From: a virus
Lineage: Duplodnaviria > Caudoviricetes
IMG/VR virus record: IMGVR_UViG_3300034118_001268
Location: 1-56,286 of that record
DNA: 56,286 nt
Reading direction: 5' to 3' (one strand)
Part shown: piece by piece, positions 46,213 through 56,192 of the stretch
Numbering within the stretch: position 1 is the stretch's first letter
Layout of the letters: every line of letters begins with the position of its first letter
The notes under the pieces: generated by a model
Databases searched by the model: none
Told to the model about the DNA's origin: nothing
What the model saw: only the letters and a program-made list of their open reading frames with translations
Position numbers and translations under genes: made by a program

Positions 46213-47061
46213 ATGGCATTTTCAGCCATCGCCGTTGGAGCTGCCGTAGTAGGTGGCGCGACAGCAATAATAGGGGGCAACGCTGCGAGAGACGCGGCGC
46301 GAACTCAAGCAAATGCTACGCGTGAGGCTACAGCAGCCCAGACGGCAATTTACCAACAGAACAGGCAAGACCTTTCTCCGTATGTTAGCCTCGGCAATGC
46401 TGGCGCAGAAAGAATGCGTGAACTTTTGGACTCCGGAGCGTTGGATAGTCGGGGCCTGACCTACACCCCCTACAGGGAATTCACAGGCGTCAATGCTGAC
46501 AACGTCGCCCAAACTCCTGGTTATCAATTTGTAAGAAACGAGGGTTTGCGGGCTGTCACAAATACCAACACAGCGTCTGGTCTTGCTGGCTCAGGGGCTC
46601 AAGCTGCTGGAGCCGCCAGCTATGTGACCGGCCTCGCCGAGAACACTTACAACAGCCAGGTGCAGAACAATCTGGCAGAATACATGGCGGGATTGGAAGG
46701 CCACGTCAGAAACTTTGAAACTGGTTTCAACGCTGACCAGACCGGTCTCACAAATATGTATAACAGGATCATGGGTGTCACGCAAGTTGGTCAAGGGGCA
46801 GTTGCCACGCAGGCAAACGCTGGGACCATACTTTCTGGTCAGATTGGTCAAAATCTCACCGGGGCAGCTAACGCAAATGCCGCGGGCACAATTGGTGTGG
46901 CGAATGCGTATGCCGGTGGCCTTAACACTGCGTTCAGCGGCGTTTCGAACGCCTTGATTATGAACCAACTACTCAATAGGTACGGGTCGAGACCCGGAGG
47001 GTCTGGTCCCGTTAATACGGCGCCACAACCCGGGTCTAACACGCAGCAACAAGCTCGATAG
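46213..47061 (+). CDS. ejection/DNA-transfer protein (P22 gp7-like)
   Basis: Hydrophobic Gly/Ala N-terminus, PYVSLG, TPGYQF, Ala/Gln/Asn-rich. Confidence 0.75.
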   Translation: MAFSAIAVGAAVVGGATAIIGGNAARDAARTQANATREATAAQTAIYQQNRQDLSPYVSLGNAGAERMRELLDSGALDSRGLTYTPYREFTGVNADNVAQTPGYQFVRNEGLRAVTNTNTASGLAGSGAQAAGAASYVTGLAENTYNSQVQNNLAEYMAGLEGHVRNFETGFNADQTGLTNMYNRIMGVTQVGQGAVATQANAGTILSGQIGQNLTGAANANAAGTIGVANAYAGGLNTAFSGVSNALIMNQLLNRYGSRPGGSGPVNTAPQPGSNTQQQAR

Positions 47062-47073
47062 GAGATTTGTCAC

Positions 47074-48747
47074 ATGTCAGGCGGACTCGATCCCTCCATC
47101 GCTCTTGGGTTTAAGCCCACAGCTCCCGCGGGGAACACCAATCCATTCAGTCAATTTTCGCAAACTGTTGACATGGCGAATTCCATCAACAGATTTCGGA
47201 GAGAGGACGAGACTTTCAACGCTCAACAGACTATCGGTAGAGCGTTGCAAAATTCTATGGACCCGCAGACTGGTCAGATCAATCAGGAAGCTTTCAAGGC
47301 CGAAATTGCCAATAATCCGATGGCGGGATTTTTGGCTCCACAAGCTCTTGCCCAAGCCAAAGCATTGGAACAGGGCAATCTGCAAGTTCAACAAACTCAA
47401 GCTCTCCTTGGTATGGCTCGACTCAACAATATGCGCCAATCTATTCAGGGATTGTTGGCAAACCCCAACGTGACCAGACAAGATGTGGTTTCGGCAGTCG
47501 GTGAATTGTTGGCCCTTCCTGAAAATGAACGGCCATTCTCAGCGACGGTGGCCGCTGCTACTCTTGCCAACCTCCCGACAAATCCTGCGGGGGTGCGCCA
47601 GTGGCTTCTTCAACAAATGGCATCTACGGACCAGGGTCTGCAGCAAATTCAAAGATTTCTGCCCAATCCTACTGGCGTCCAAACTGGAGCCGCCACAAGG
47701 TTTGTCGACACAAACCCTCTTACAAATCCCAATGCGGCTGGGCAGTCGGTCACAAACGAGCCTGGTCCGGACGCTCGGAACAATCTCGTCCAACGCTACA
47801 ATCCGAATACTCGTCAAATGGAATTCGTCCCTCGCCAGGAAATTGCTCCAATGGTGGGAGGAGAAGGGGCCCCTGCCACGGGCACCGCTCCCGGCCAGGG
47901 AACTCCTCCGGGCACAGGGGCACCGCGTCCACCAATGCCGACTCAACAGCCAGGAGGAAGACCTGGAATGGGGGATGGGAGGTATCCGGGCTCTCCAAGA
48001 CCTGGACAAGTGCCTGGAGCTTCAAGTCCTCCAACTGAAAGACCGACTCCTTCCGCCGCTCCTGCTGGACCCCCTCTTGGAGCTGCCGGAGCGTCTGAAG
48101 TTGTGGCGCAACGTTCTGCAGAATTGAGTATGGATTTGTCCAGAGAAGCCGGTCAAGTTCCTATGATGTTGGCGACGCTCGGAAATATGAAGACAATGTT
48201 GACTCAATTCAACACAGGTCCCGGTGCCGCCTGGACGCGTGAAATGGTCAACGCGTATAACCGAATTGCCCCTCCGACAATGCAGATCAGGGTTGAAGGC
48301 ACGGCAGCGCAGGAAGAATTTGTCAAACTCTCAACTCAGTTGGCTCAACAGCAGTTCCAAGCTCTTGGAGGGACTGGAGCTAACGAGCAGTTGGCCAGTG
48401 CTATGAGAACAAGTCCAAATGAAACTCTTTCAAAGATGGGTAACCAGAGCATCATTGCCCTTCTGCAAGGTAACGCAGATGCAATCAGGGTGAAGAGTGA
48501 CGAATGGCAGAAGTGGTTGTCTTCTGGCCGCGGTCCGGAAACCTACACCCAGTTCTCGAATGAGTTCAACAAGGGCTTTGATCCGAGGATCTTCCAGGCT
48601 ATACACATGAGCGCGGAAAGCCGTCGACAGATGATGAACGCCATGTCTCAAAACGAGCGTGAAGACTTCAACAGAAATTTCAGAACCGCTGTCGATAAGG
48701 GCTGGGTTCGCGTTCCAGGAACTGGGGCTCAGGGAGGAAGTCGATAA
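47074..48747 (+). CDS. ejection protein (gp20-like position)
   Basis: LDPSIALG N-terminus, Gln/Pro-rich, synteny. Confidence 0.65.
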   Translation: MSGGLDPSIALGFKPTAPAGNTNPFSQFSQTVDMANSINRFRREDETFNAQQTIGRALQNSMDPQTGQINQEAFKAEIANNPMAGFLAPQALAQAKALEQGNLQVQQTQALLGMARLNNMRQSIQGLLANPNVTRQDVVSAVGELLALPENERPFSATVAAATLANLPTNPAGVRQWLLQQMASTDQGLQQIQRFLPNPTGVQTGAATRFVDTNPLTNPNAAGQSVTNEPGPDARNNLVQRYNPNTRQMEFVPRQEIAPMVGGEGAPATGTAPGQGTPPGTGAPRPPMPTQQPGGRPGMGDGRYPGSPRPGQVPGASSPPTERPTPSAAPAGPPLGAAGASEVVAQRSAELSMDLSREAGQVPMMLATLGNMKTMLTQFNTGPGAAWTREMVNAYNRIAPPTMQIRVEGTAAQEEFVKLSTQLAQQQFQALGGTGANEQLASAMRTSPNETLSKMGNQSIIALLQGNADAIRVKSDEWQKWLSSGRGPETYTQFSNEFNKGFDPRIFQAIHMSAESRRQMMNAMSQNEREDFNRNFRTAVDKGWVRVPGTGAQGGSR

Positions 48748-51236
48748 TGTCGGTCGACAATTTCAACGATTTGATTGAAGAAGCGGCTCGGCGCCACAAC
48801 GTCGACCCTAATTTGATCAAAGCTGTCATGCACATTGAAAGTCGTGGAAATCCACGCGCATTCAACAGAGAGTCTAAGGCTGCCGGATTGATGCAAATCA
48901 TTCCTGACACGGCCCGCAGACTTGGCGTGACTGATCCATACGATCCAGCCCAATCTATCGACGCCGGCGCTCGCCACCTTGCTGAAAGTTTGAACAGACA
49001 CGGCGACCCTTCAAAAGCCATTTTGGAATACCACGGCGGAAGAAGGCAGGCAAATTGGGGGCCTAGAACTCAAGCCTATCTCGAAAACGTGATGAATAGG
49101 TTCAACGAAATCAACCAGCCACGTGATCCCCAGGCTGAAAACCAGACTCCAACCCAACCAGCAGCTCCTGTTGGAAACGCACAACCGACTTCCCAGCCAG
49201 GGCAAACTCAAACCAGTCAGACTGCTCAAGATCCGATTGAGATGTTTTTGTCAGGGGCTGGCCAGGAAAGCGCCGTTGCACCGACTGTCAGAGGCCCTAG
49301 AATTATCAGTCAAGCTTCGGCTTCTGAAAACACTCCGCAGGCTTCCACCGTGCCGGGTCCCAGAGCCATTCCAGATGGTATGGCCGATGATCCAATAGGC
49401 CAGTTCCTTTTCGGGGTTCAGAACGAAACTCAACGTCCAGATCCTGCAACAGGTCAAATCCCACCCCCTCGCAGACAAACCTCAGCCGGTGAAAGATTTG
49501 GGGCTGGGTTGGGTCGCGGTCTACGCGATGTTGTTGACGCGCCTGCTGAATTCCTTTCAAATCAAGCTGAAAAATCTGGACTGACCGGATATTTGAAAGA
49601 CAGCTCTTTTGGAAGGTTTTTGGAAAGGGCGGGAGTTCCGATCACTTCCGGCCAACAAACCAGAGAAGGAAATCTCGAAGAGCGGAGAAATTTCGAGAGA
49701 GATTTCGGAGACAGTGGGATGGCCTTGGCCGGAAGAGTTGGCGGCCAGGTAGCAGGGGTTCTCGGTCCTCTCAAAGCTGGAGGAGCTGTGATACGTGGAG
49801 CCGGCTCCATTGTTGGTGCCACTGCCCCAACGTTGACGGCCCCCATCGCTCCTGCAGCTCGGGCTCTGGCTGGAACCACGTCTCCCGCCAATCCGTTTTT
49901 GAGATTTGGTGCTAGAGCGACTACGGGCGCTGCCCAAGGTGCGGCAACCACAGCCATGACTCTCGATCCTACTCAAGACACAGGCACCCAGATGGCAATC
50001 GGGACGGGAGCTGGTGCCGTAGGTAATGCGGTGCTCGCGCCTGCCATTTCCGCCGGCGCAAATAGCATGAGGCAGTTCCTGTCTCCGTCTCTTAATCCTC
50101 AGGTTGCGGCGTTGGCCCAAAGAGCAGAAACTCTGGGCGTCCCAGTCAGAGGCAGTCAAATAAGCGAAAGCCCGTTCATCAAGTGGCTTGATGAAACTTT
50201 GAACAACATTCCTGGAAGCGGGCAAGTTGCGAGAAACGCTGAACAACGGTCTCAATTTACAAGAGCGGTCTCAAAAGCGATCGGGGAAAATACCGACGCC
50301 ATCACTCGAGATACTCTCCAAGCTGCTGAACGCAGAATTGGAAACACTATGAGCGATGTGGCAAGAAGAACCACTCTTCGTACTGACCAACAGTTCACAG
50401 ACGCTCTGCAAAAAATTGACGACGAGTTGTTGAGAATGCCACTGCCAGACGGGTCGGCAAAAGCTCTGGCGCGTCAGCTAGAAGACGTGAGAAATGCCAC
50501 GTCCTCCGGGACTATGTCTGGCGAAGCCTACCAAGCTTTTACCAGATACGGCACTCCATTGTCTATGGCTCAAAGATCTCCGGATCCGAACATCCGTCAT
50601 TTTGCGGGACAGGTTCGCGATGCGTTGGATGATATGCTTGAGAGATCAGCTGCGCCGGAACTTGTTGACACTCTTCGCAGAGCTCGTAGTCAGTGGAGAG
50701 CGATGGTGAATGTTGTCGAACCTATGATCGAAAAGTCTCCAAACGGTCAGATCGATCCAGCCGCCTTGTTGACCCGCATTCGTGCAGCGTACCCAGATTT
50801 CTTGAGAAAGGGGACTGGTGGAAACGAGCTTGGGGAATTGGCAATGATCGGCGCACAATTCATGCCGAGGATGCCAAATTCTGGTAGTGCTCAAAGAGTA
50901 GCTATCGGGGCAGGCATAGCAAACACTGGCGCCTATCTCTTAGACCCGTCAATGTTGGCCACTGGTCTCGGGGTCACAGCTGGTACGGCCGCCGTTGGAC
51001 GCGGAACTGGTGCTCTCCTTGCTAGTGACGTGTATAGAGACATGCTGTTGGGCAGAGGTATTCCAGGAGCCGTCGGTAGGGGAATTGATGAGGTCGGCGC
51101 TGGAGCTAATCGGCTTTTCCAAGCTGGAGGAGTTCCAGCCATGTCTTCAGCTGCTAGACAGGATTGGGCTAATGAACCTTTGCCCATGCCTGAACCCAAC
51201 GGTCAAGTCATTGAAATCTTCCCACCTCGGAGATAG
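48747..51236 (+). CDS. large ejection protein with an N-terminal lytic transglycosylase (SLT) domain
   Basis: AVMHIESRGNP, AAGLMQI, AILEYHGG. Confidence 0.85.
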   Translation: MSVDNFNDLIEEAARRHNVDPNLIKAVMHIESRGNPRAFNRESKAAGLMQIIPDTARRLGVTDPYDPAQSIDAGARHLAESLNRHGDPSKAILEYHGGRRQANWGPRTQAYLENVMNRFNEINQPRDPQAENQTPTQPAAPVGNAQPTSQPGQTQTSQTAQDPIEMFLSGAGQESAVAPTVRGPRIISQASASENTPQASTVPGPRAIPDGMADDPIGQFLFGVQNETQRPDPATGQIPPPRRQTSAGERFGAGLGRGLRDVVDAPAEFLSNQAEKSGLTGYLKDSSFGRFLERAGVPITSGQQTREGNLEERRNFERDFGDSGMALAGRVGGQVAGVLGPLKAGGAVIRGAGSIVGATAPTLTAPIAPAARALAGTTSPANPFLRFGARATTGAAQGAATTAMTLDPTQDTGTQMAIGTGAGAVGNAVLAPAISAGANSMRQFLSPSLNPQVAALAQRAETLGVPVRGSQISESPFIKWLDETLNNIPGSGQVARNAEQRSQFTRAVSKAIGENTDAITRDTLQAAERRIGNTMSDVARRTTLRTDQQFTDALQKIDDELLRMPLPDGSAKALARQLEDVRNATSSGTMSGEAYQAFTRYGTPLSMAQRSPDPNIRHFAGQVRDALDDMLERSAAPELVDTLRRARSQWRAMVNVVEPMIEKSPNGQIDPAALLTRIRAAYPDFLRKGTGGNELGELAMIGAQFMPRMPNSGSAQRVAIGAGIANTGAYLLDPSMLATGLGVTAGTAAVGRGTGALLASDVYRDMLLGRGIPGAVGRGIDEVGAGANRLFQAGGVPAMSSAARQDWANEPLPMPEPNGQVIEIFPPRR

Positions 51237-51239
51237 ACT

Positions 51240-53627
51240 ATGTCGGGAAATCAAGGTGGCCAGGTCGTAAATGGTCGCCAGCAATTTATCGATGGAAACG
51301 GGAGACCTCTAGCAGGTGGTAGGGTCTTTTTCTACCTCCCAAACACGTCAACTCCTGTCGCGACGTATCAAGATCCAGGTCTGACGACCATAAACACCAA
51401 CCCGATCATTCTTGACGCTGCTGGCATGGCGACAATCCACACCAGCTACGACCAGCTCCGTCAAGTTCTGCAAGATCGTTTTGGAAACACGATTTGGGAT
51501 AAGTTGACTGGTATCGCCGCGGACTTGTCTACGTCCACGGTCAACTTGTTGAACATAGCTGCTTTGCGTGCAAATGTAGTTCCGTATCTCACTGTCTTTG
51601 TCAAAGGATATTCCACTCCTGGAGACGGGGGCGAAGGAATTTTCTACTACGTCCCATCGGACACGACTTCTCCAGACGATCTCGGTGCCATCATTGTTGA
51701 TGCTGCGGGCCACCGTTTCTACCGCTATCCGGATAAGGATGCCAGCCGAGTTAATATCCTTTGGTGGGGAGCAGTGGGTGATGGCGTCACCGACGATTAC
51801 CCAGCCATCCAAGCCTGTTTCAATTACGCACACGCCAACAAAATGATACCATACATCCCAGACAGAACTTACTACTGTTCGCAGGGACCGTGGCTTCTTG
51901 GTGGTGCTCCGGGACTTTGGATGGATGGTGTGATCCTCTCCCCTGGAAATTTCGCTGCTCTGACTTTGGGTTCCAATGGCAACGCCAACAATCAGAGCAA
52001 AAGATACGGGCCCCTTAGAGTAAAACGCACCACTGTTTCCAATTGGAGTAATGAGGCAGATGTTGGAATTCGAATTTACAATTGCGACGCATGTCATATT
52101 GAAATCCCTCTGATTGACGGATTTACCATTGGATTGGAGACGGTTGGAGACGGTAGAGGTTTCGAGGACTCGAACATTTTCCTCGGCCGCATTGTCGACA
52201 ACAGATACGGCATCAACGTGAGAACGCTTCAAGCCTCAAGCTGGAATAACGCCATTAGATATTTTGGTGGACACTTTGCTTGCAGGTCTAGCACAAACCC
52301 ACATCTCTCAAGATTTGGAGTAAGATTTTCCGCTGACGCTGGAGCATACGATAGACACAATGCCCACTTTTTCTACTCGCCAGCATTTGAACTTCAGAGA
52401 CAGGGGACGCCGGCCACAATTGAGGCTATTCCGTTTTTGTTTACGGCTGGAGACGAACGCGGGATTGTCGGTTGGGGCATCCGCATGGAAGGTTGCAGTG
52501 AATATGTCGCTAAAGCCGTCAGTCAGGTAAATGACTGCCAGTTTTGGGTGGCATTCACCGGGACATACGGCTTCAAAGGTAATCAAGTTTTGTACGATCC
52601 GGCCAACACTAGGTGCGGCGTTACTGTTTACACAAACCACCAGTCGAGCGGCGCCGAAGTCACACCCAGGTTGTTTGCTGACGCGTCCAATCTGAGAGCT
52701 TCTGCCTATAGGGACAACAGTCAATCAGCTTCGGGTGAAGCTTTGACTGGCGCCATAGGGTTTGAAAAATTGGTGTGCCTATCAGGTTCCCCAAATTCAC
52801 AAATCGTAAATCTTAGCAATGGCGTTTTCAACGGTTTGACTTTTGTAGACGCTGGAGCCACCTTACTGACTAATGATGGAGTCGGGTTAACCACGGCGAG
52901 AGCCTTAGCGTTTGTTGTCGACGTGTCCAGATGTAAGGAAATTTTCGTCGCCGCAGAGGGCAACGACCTTCGGCTGATCGTCCAACAATACGATGCTTCT
53001 GAGAACATACTCAATGAGAATTACCCAATCAGACTTTCGAACATGAACACGGTCGGAAATTTTAGCGTTCCTACCCCTCCTCCACATGCGCCTATGTGGT
53101 GGGAAGGCAATGTCAATTTAGACCAACCTTTGGAAATCTACAATAACGACTTCACCGTCCTGCTTCAAACCGTTCCAGACTTTAACAGGATGCAGAGAAT
53201 TCAACTCAACAATGCGGCAAAATACGCTGTCATTGGGGTCAGGGCGGGTGTGGCAGGAGCTGTGCTTAGATCGCTAAGACTTTACTGCGACGTTCTTCAA
53301 TCTCCTCCTCTACTATACGGGGCCAACAGACCATTTGGGGCTCAAGAACGTGCAGTCTTTGTTGAAGGTTTGGATCCACCGAGTCTATCTCCAGGGTCCA
53401 GATACTTCGTAACGGTGACTTTCCCCAACGCTAGAACTGGGGACCCTATGGAAGCGACATTTGTTCCAGACACGATTGGGACTTCTCTCATAGGTTATAT
53501 CAGGATCACGGCACAAGTTACGACGGCAAACAACGTTTTAGTGTGTTTTGAAAATCTCCACCCAAGCAGTACTGTCGACCTGACGATCGGCACCATCTAC
53601 GTCCAGGGGCGAAAGCTCCGTATATAA
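51240..53627 (+). CDS. tailspike (head-binding domain plus pectate-lyase-like beta-helix)
   Basis: FIDGNGRPLAGG...NTNPIILDAAG; GDGGEG; WGAVGDGVTDD. Confidence 0.85.
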   Translation: MSGNQGGQVVNGRQQFIDGNGRPLAGGRVFFYLPNTSTPVATYQDPGLTTINTNPIILDAAGMATIHTSYDQLRQVLQDRFGNTIWDKLTGIAADLSTSTVNLLNIAALRANVVPYLTVFVKGYSTPGDGGEGIFYYVPSDTTSPDDLGAIIVDAAGHRFYRYPDKDASRVNILWWGAVGDGVTDDYPAIQACFNYAHANKMIPYIPDRTYYCSQGPWLLGGAPGLWMDGVILSPGNFAALTLGSNGNANNQSKRYGPLRVKRTTVSNWSNEADVGIRIYNCDACHIEIPLIDGFTIGLETVGDGRGFEDSNIFLGRIVDNRYGINVRTLQASSWNNAIRYFGGHFACRSSTNPHLSRFGVRFSADAGAYDRHNAHFFYSPAFELQRQGTPATIEAIPFLFTAGDERGIVGWGIRMEGCSEYVAKAVSQVNDCQFWVAFTGTYGFKGNQVLYDPANTRCGVTVYTNHQSSGAEVTPRLFADASNLRASAYRDNSQSASGEALTGAIGFEKLVCLSGSPNSQIVNLSNGVFNGLTFVDAGATLLTNDGVGLTTARALAFVVDVSRCKEIFVAAEGNDLRLIVQQYDASENILNENYPIRLSNMNTVGNFSVPTPPPHAPMWWEGNVNLDQPLEIYNNDFTVLLQTVPDFNRMQRIQLNNAAKYAVIGVRAGVAGAVLRSLRLYCDVLQSPPLLYGANRPFGAQERAVFVEGLDPPSLSPGSRYFVTVTFPNARTGDPMEATFVPDTIGTSLIGYIRITAQVTTANNVLVCFENLHPSSTVDLTIGTIYVQGRKLRI

Positions 53628-53658
53628 CCCAGCAACCAACGGAAGGATCAACCGCGCC

Positions 53659-54906
53659 ATGTCTGAAACTTTGACCACTCGCGATAAAATTTTTCGCCAA
53701 TTGAATTCAGCTTACAGGGCTGGGTATCCGTTGGCGGAGCAGAGATTTCTTGAGATTATTGCCAACCTGATTGCAGGCGGCGATGTGTCTCAAGTAAGTT
53801 CAAATCCTGCACAGCCGGGTTTGGCCGTCGGTGGTCAAACTTCCGGGCTCTTTACCCCAATTTTGGGGACGCTCGGTATTGTCGTACTTGGGGCTGAGCA
53901 GGTAAGATTTCTCGGCGTCTCGGACGCCGTAAACCGTGTCGAAATCTCTGGAGCTGCCGCGTCTTCACCGGTGACGGTTGCAGCGGCCGGCTCTGACACC
54001 AACGTCCAATTGAACATTTCGTCAAAGGGCACGTCCAATATCTCTATGAGAACTGGAGGCAATCAGCAAGTTCTCATCATCAATACGACGTCCGCGACCA
54101 ACTCCATCGGATTGACGGGGTCCACGGCATCGAGCCCAGTCCAGATTGCCGTTCAAGGTGGCGTCAACATTCCAATTGCGGTCGTGTCGAGAGGCACGGG
54201 TTCAATTCAATTTGCAACTCAGAACAGCGTTGCGCGGGTCCAGTTTGAAGTGGCTGACACTGCCGGCACGGTTGTCAATTTTGTCAGAGCGACCGGCAAC
54301 ATTGCATCAGCGTTCCCAATTGTCTCTGCTCAAGGTTCTGATGCAAATATCAACTTACGTTTGGAAGGTAAGGGAACTGGTTCGGTTGACCTGTCAAGTC
54401 ACCTCGCCAACTTCCTTCGCATTTCAGGCGCTGCTGCCACAATATCTCCGATTGTTGCAGCCGCTGGTTCTGACACCAACGTCAATCTCAGACTCCAGCC
54501 TAAAGGCACTGGGACGGTGGAAATTGGCGACAATCTTGCAAACTTCTTAAGAGTTGCCGGTGCCGCCACAACTCTTTCGCCGATTGTTGCAGCCGCTGGT
54601 TCTGACACCAACGTCAATCTCAGACTCCAGCCTAAAGGCACTGGGACGGTGGAAATCGGTGGCAATCTTGCAAACTTCTTGAGCGTCGCCGGTGCCGCCA
54701 CAACTCTTGCGCCAAATTTGTCAGCCCAGGGTTCAGATGCCAACATCGACCTGACTCTCACTCCAAAAGGCACCGGTCGGTTGAACATCGCGGGGACCGC
54801 CGTAACCGCCGCGACCTCGGCAGCGGCTTTCTCGGCCACAAGTCGAGTTCAGATCAAAATCAACGGAACCTCGTTCTGGATCCCAGCCTCTTCAGCCGCC
54901 TGGTAA
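53659..54906 (+). CDS. tail fibre with 44-aa repeats
   Basis: Repeated A.GSD.N.NL.L.PKGTG.V units. Confidence 0.75.
   Translation: MSETLTTRDKIFRQLNSAYRAGYPLAEQRFLEIIANLIAGGDVSQVSSNPAQPGLAVGGQTSGLFTPILGTLGIVVLGAEQVRFLGVSDAVNRVEISGAAASSPVTVAAAGSDTNVQLNISSKGTSNISMRTGGNQQVLIINTTSATNSIGLTGSTASSPVQIAVQGGVNIPIAVVSRGTGSIQFATQNSVARVQFEVADTAGTVVNFVRATGNIASAFPIVSAQGSDANINLRLEGKGTGSVDLSSHLANFLRISGAAATISPIVAAAGSDTNVNLRLQPKGTGTVEIGDNLANFLRVAGAATTLSPIVAAAGSDTNVNLRLQPKGTGTVEIGGNLANFLSVAGAATTLAPNLSAQGSDANIDLTLTPKGTGRLNIAGTAVTAATSAAAFSATSRVQIKINGTSFWIPASSAAW
54448..54656 (+). repeat. 132-bp-period direct repeat in the fibre gene
   Basis: 54448-54524 is identical to 54580-54656 (77 bp). Confidence 0.9.
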
Positions 54907-54932
54907 ATCCTACAACCTTTGGGGAGATTGAG

Positions 54933-55259
54933 ATGCAGGAAAATTTCTTTGCTAGTGAAGCTGCTCAAGCGGCTGGAGCGGGAGCCCTCGGACTCCTAGG
55001 TCGTGTCATGACCCTAGCTCGAGCCGATAGAAGACCTCTAGGCTGGTCTCTGCTGTGGGAAATCCCAGTGGCGATTGGGATGGGGATTATTGGGTCCGGG
55101 TTGGCGGATTTTCTAAATCTTCAGAATTTCGCCCACCACGCCATGACTATTTCAACTGGCTATCTTGGGCCGAGAATTTTGGATCAACTATTCGATAGGT
55201 GGTTTCCACCTCCGCACAACAGAAGAAAGGATGACAAAAATGTCGACAACAACAAATAG
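54933..55259 (+). CDS. holin
   Basis: 2-3 hydrophobic segments, GYLGPR, charged tail; sits before the endolysin. Confidence 0.75.
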   Translation: MQENFFASEAAQAAGAGALGLLGRVMTLARADRRPLGWSLLWEIPVAIGMGIIGSGLADFLNLQNFAHHAMTISTGYLGPRILDQLFDRWFPPPHNRRKDDKNVDNNK

Positions 55260-55929
55260 ACGTCCTCCAGTGAGCTGGAGGAACAACAATCCAGGAAACA
55301 TTCGCTTTGTTCCTTCCATAAAGTGGCAGGGGCAGGAAGGCGAAGGTGACGGTGGTTTTGCCAAGTTCAAAACTCCTGAATTCGGGTTTAGAGCCTTGGC
55401 TCGCCAGCTCATGACCTACAAGGAGCGGTATGGGCTCGACACTCTCAGAAAAATTCTGAACCGTTGGGCCCCTCCGAATGGTTTTGCAAACGGGAAAAGC
55501 TACGAGCAAAACACCAACGGCTACATTGAAAAAGTGGCCAAAGACATGGGCGTCCACCCGGACGATCCTTTGAATGTCCAAAATGCCGCCACCATGTTGG
55601 CTCTGGTGAAGGCCATTGCCGACTATGAGGATGGGGCCGGTTGGAAGTGGCCGGACCATCACATGGTTGAAGGTCTCAGACTTGGCGGCTTCGACGTTCC
55701 TCCTGTCCCAGTATACCAGACCGGAACCGTCAGGACAGCCGCAAAGGTCGGAGCCGCCGGTGTGGCGGTCCAAGGAATTGGGCCTTTGACAGAGGGCATT
55801 GCCAAAGCGGTCCCAGCCATGTCCGTTCTGAAAGACCTGGCACCCTGGTTGGCAGCCTTGATCGTGGTCCTGGTGGCATCCTGGTTTGTCTGGGAGCGCA
55901 TCCAGAAGCATAAGGCTGACGCGCCATGA
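55240..55929 (+). CDS. putative endolysin (RNNNPGNI lysozyme-like family) with C-terminal membrane segments
   Basis: RNNNPGNIR, F.TPE.G.RAL, RWAPP, NT.GY; position between holin and spanins. Confidence 0.7.
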   Translation: MSTTTNRRPPVSWRNNNPGNIRFVPSIKWQGQEGEGDGGFAKFKTPEFGFRALARQLMTYKERYGLDTLRKILNRWAPPNGFANGKSYEQNTNGYIEKVAKDMGVHPDDPLNVQNAATMLALVKAIADYEDGAGWKWPDHHMVEGLRLGGFDVPPVPVYQTGTVRTAAKVGAAGVAVQGIGPLTEGIAKAVPAMSVLKDLAPWLAALIVVLVASWFVWERIQKHKADAP

Positions 55930-56192
55930 TATGGGTATCCACAGCATGGGCTTTGTTTCGATCCAGCCGCATGGCCAGGTATCTTTTTCTTGCCGCCGGT
56001 ATGGTCGCAACGATCGGGATGGCACTGGTTATGGCCTTTGTCAGAGGCAATGCCCGGGGCCGCGCCAGGATCGACCACGAGTACGCGAAAAAAAGCTTGG
56101 AAAGGAGAGATGTTAGAGATGAGGTTGATCGCAACGTCACTCGCGATAATGACCCTAGCGGCCGGCTGTTCAAACACTGGTCGAGGGATTGA
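55926..56192 (+). CDS. Rz: inner-membrane spanin
   Basis: N-terminal TM helix then a charged helix; overlaps a lipoprotein gene. Confidence 0.7.
   Translation: MIWVSTAWALFRSSRMARYLFLAAGMVATIGMALVMAFVRGNARGRARIDHEYAKKSLERRDVRDEVDRNVTRDNDPSGRLFKHWSRD

Noticed and set aside
49225-49415. DPIEMFL/DPIGQFL in the SLT ejection protein as variants of the HDPF tag
   Set aside because: Similarity is too short to support.
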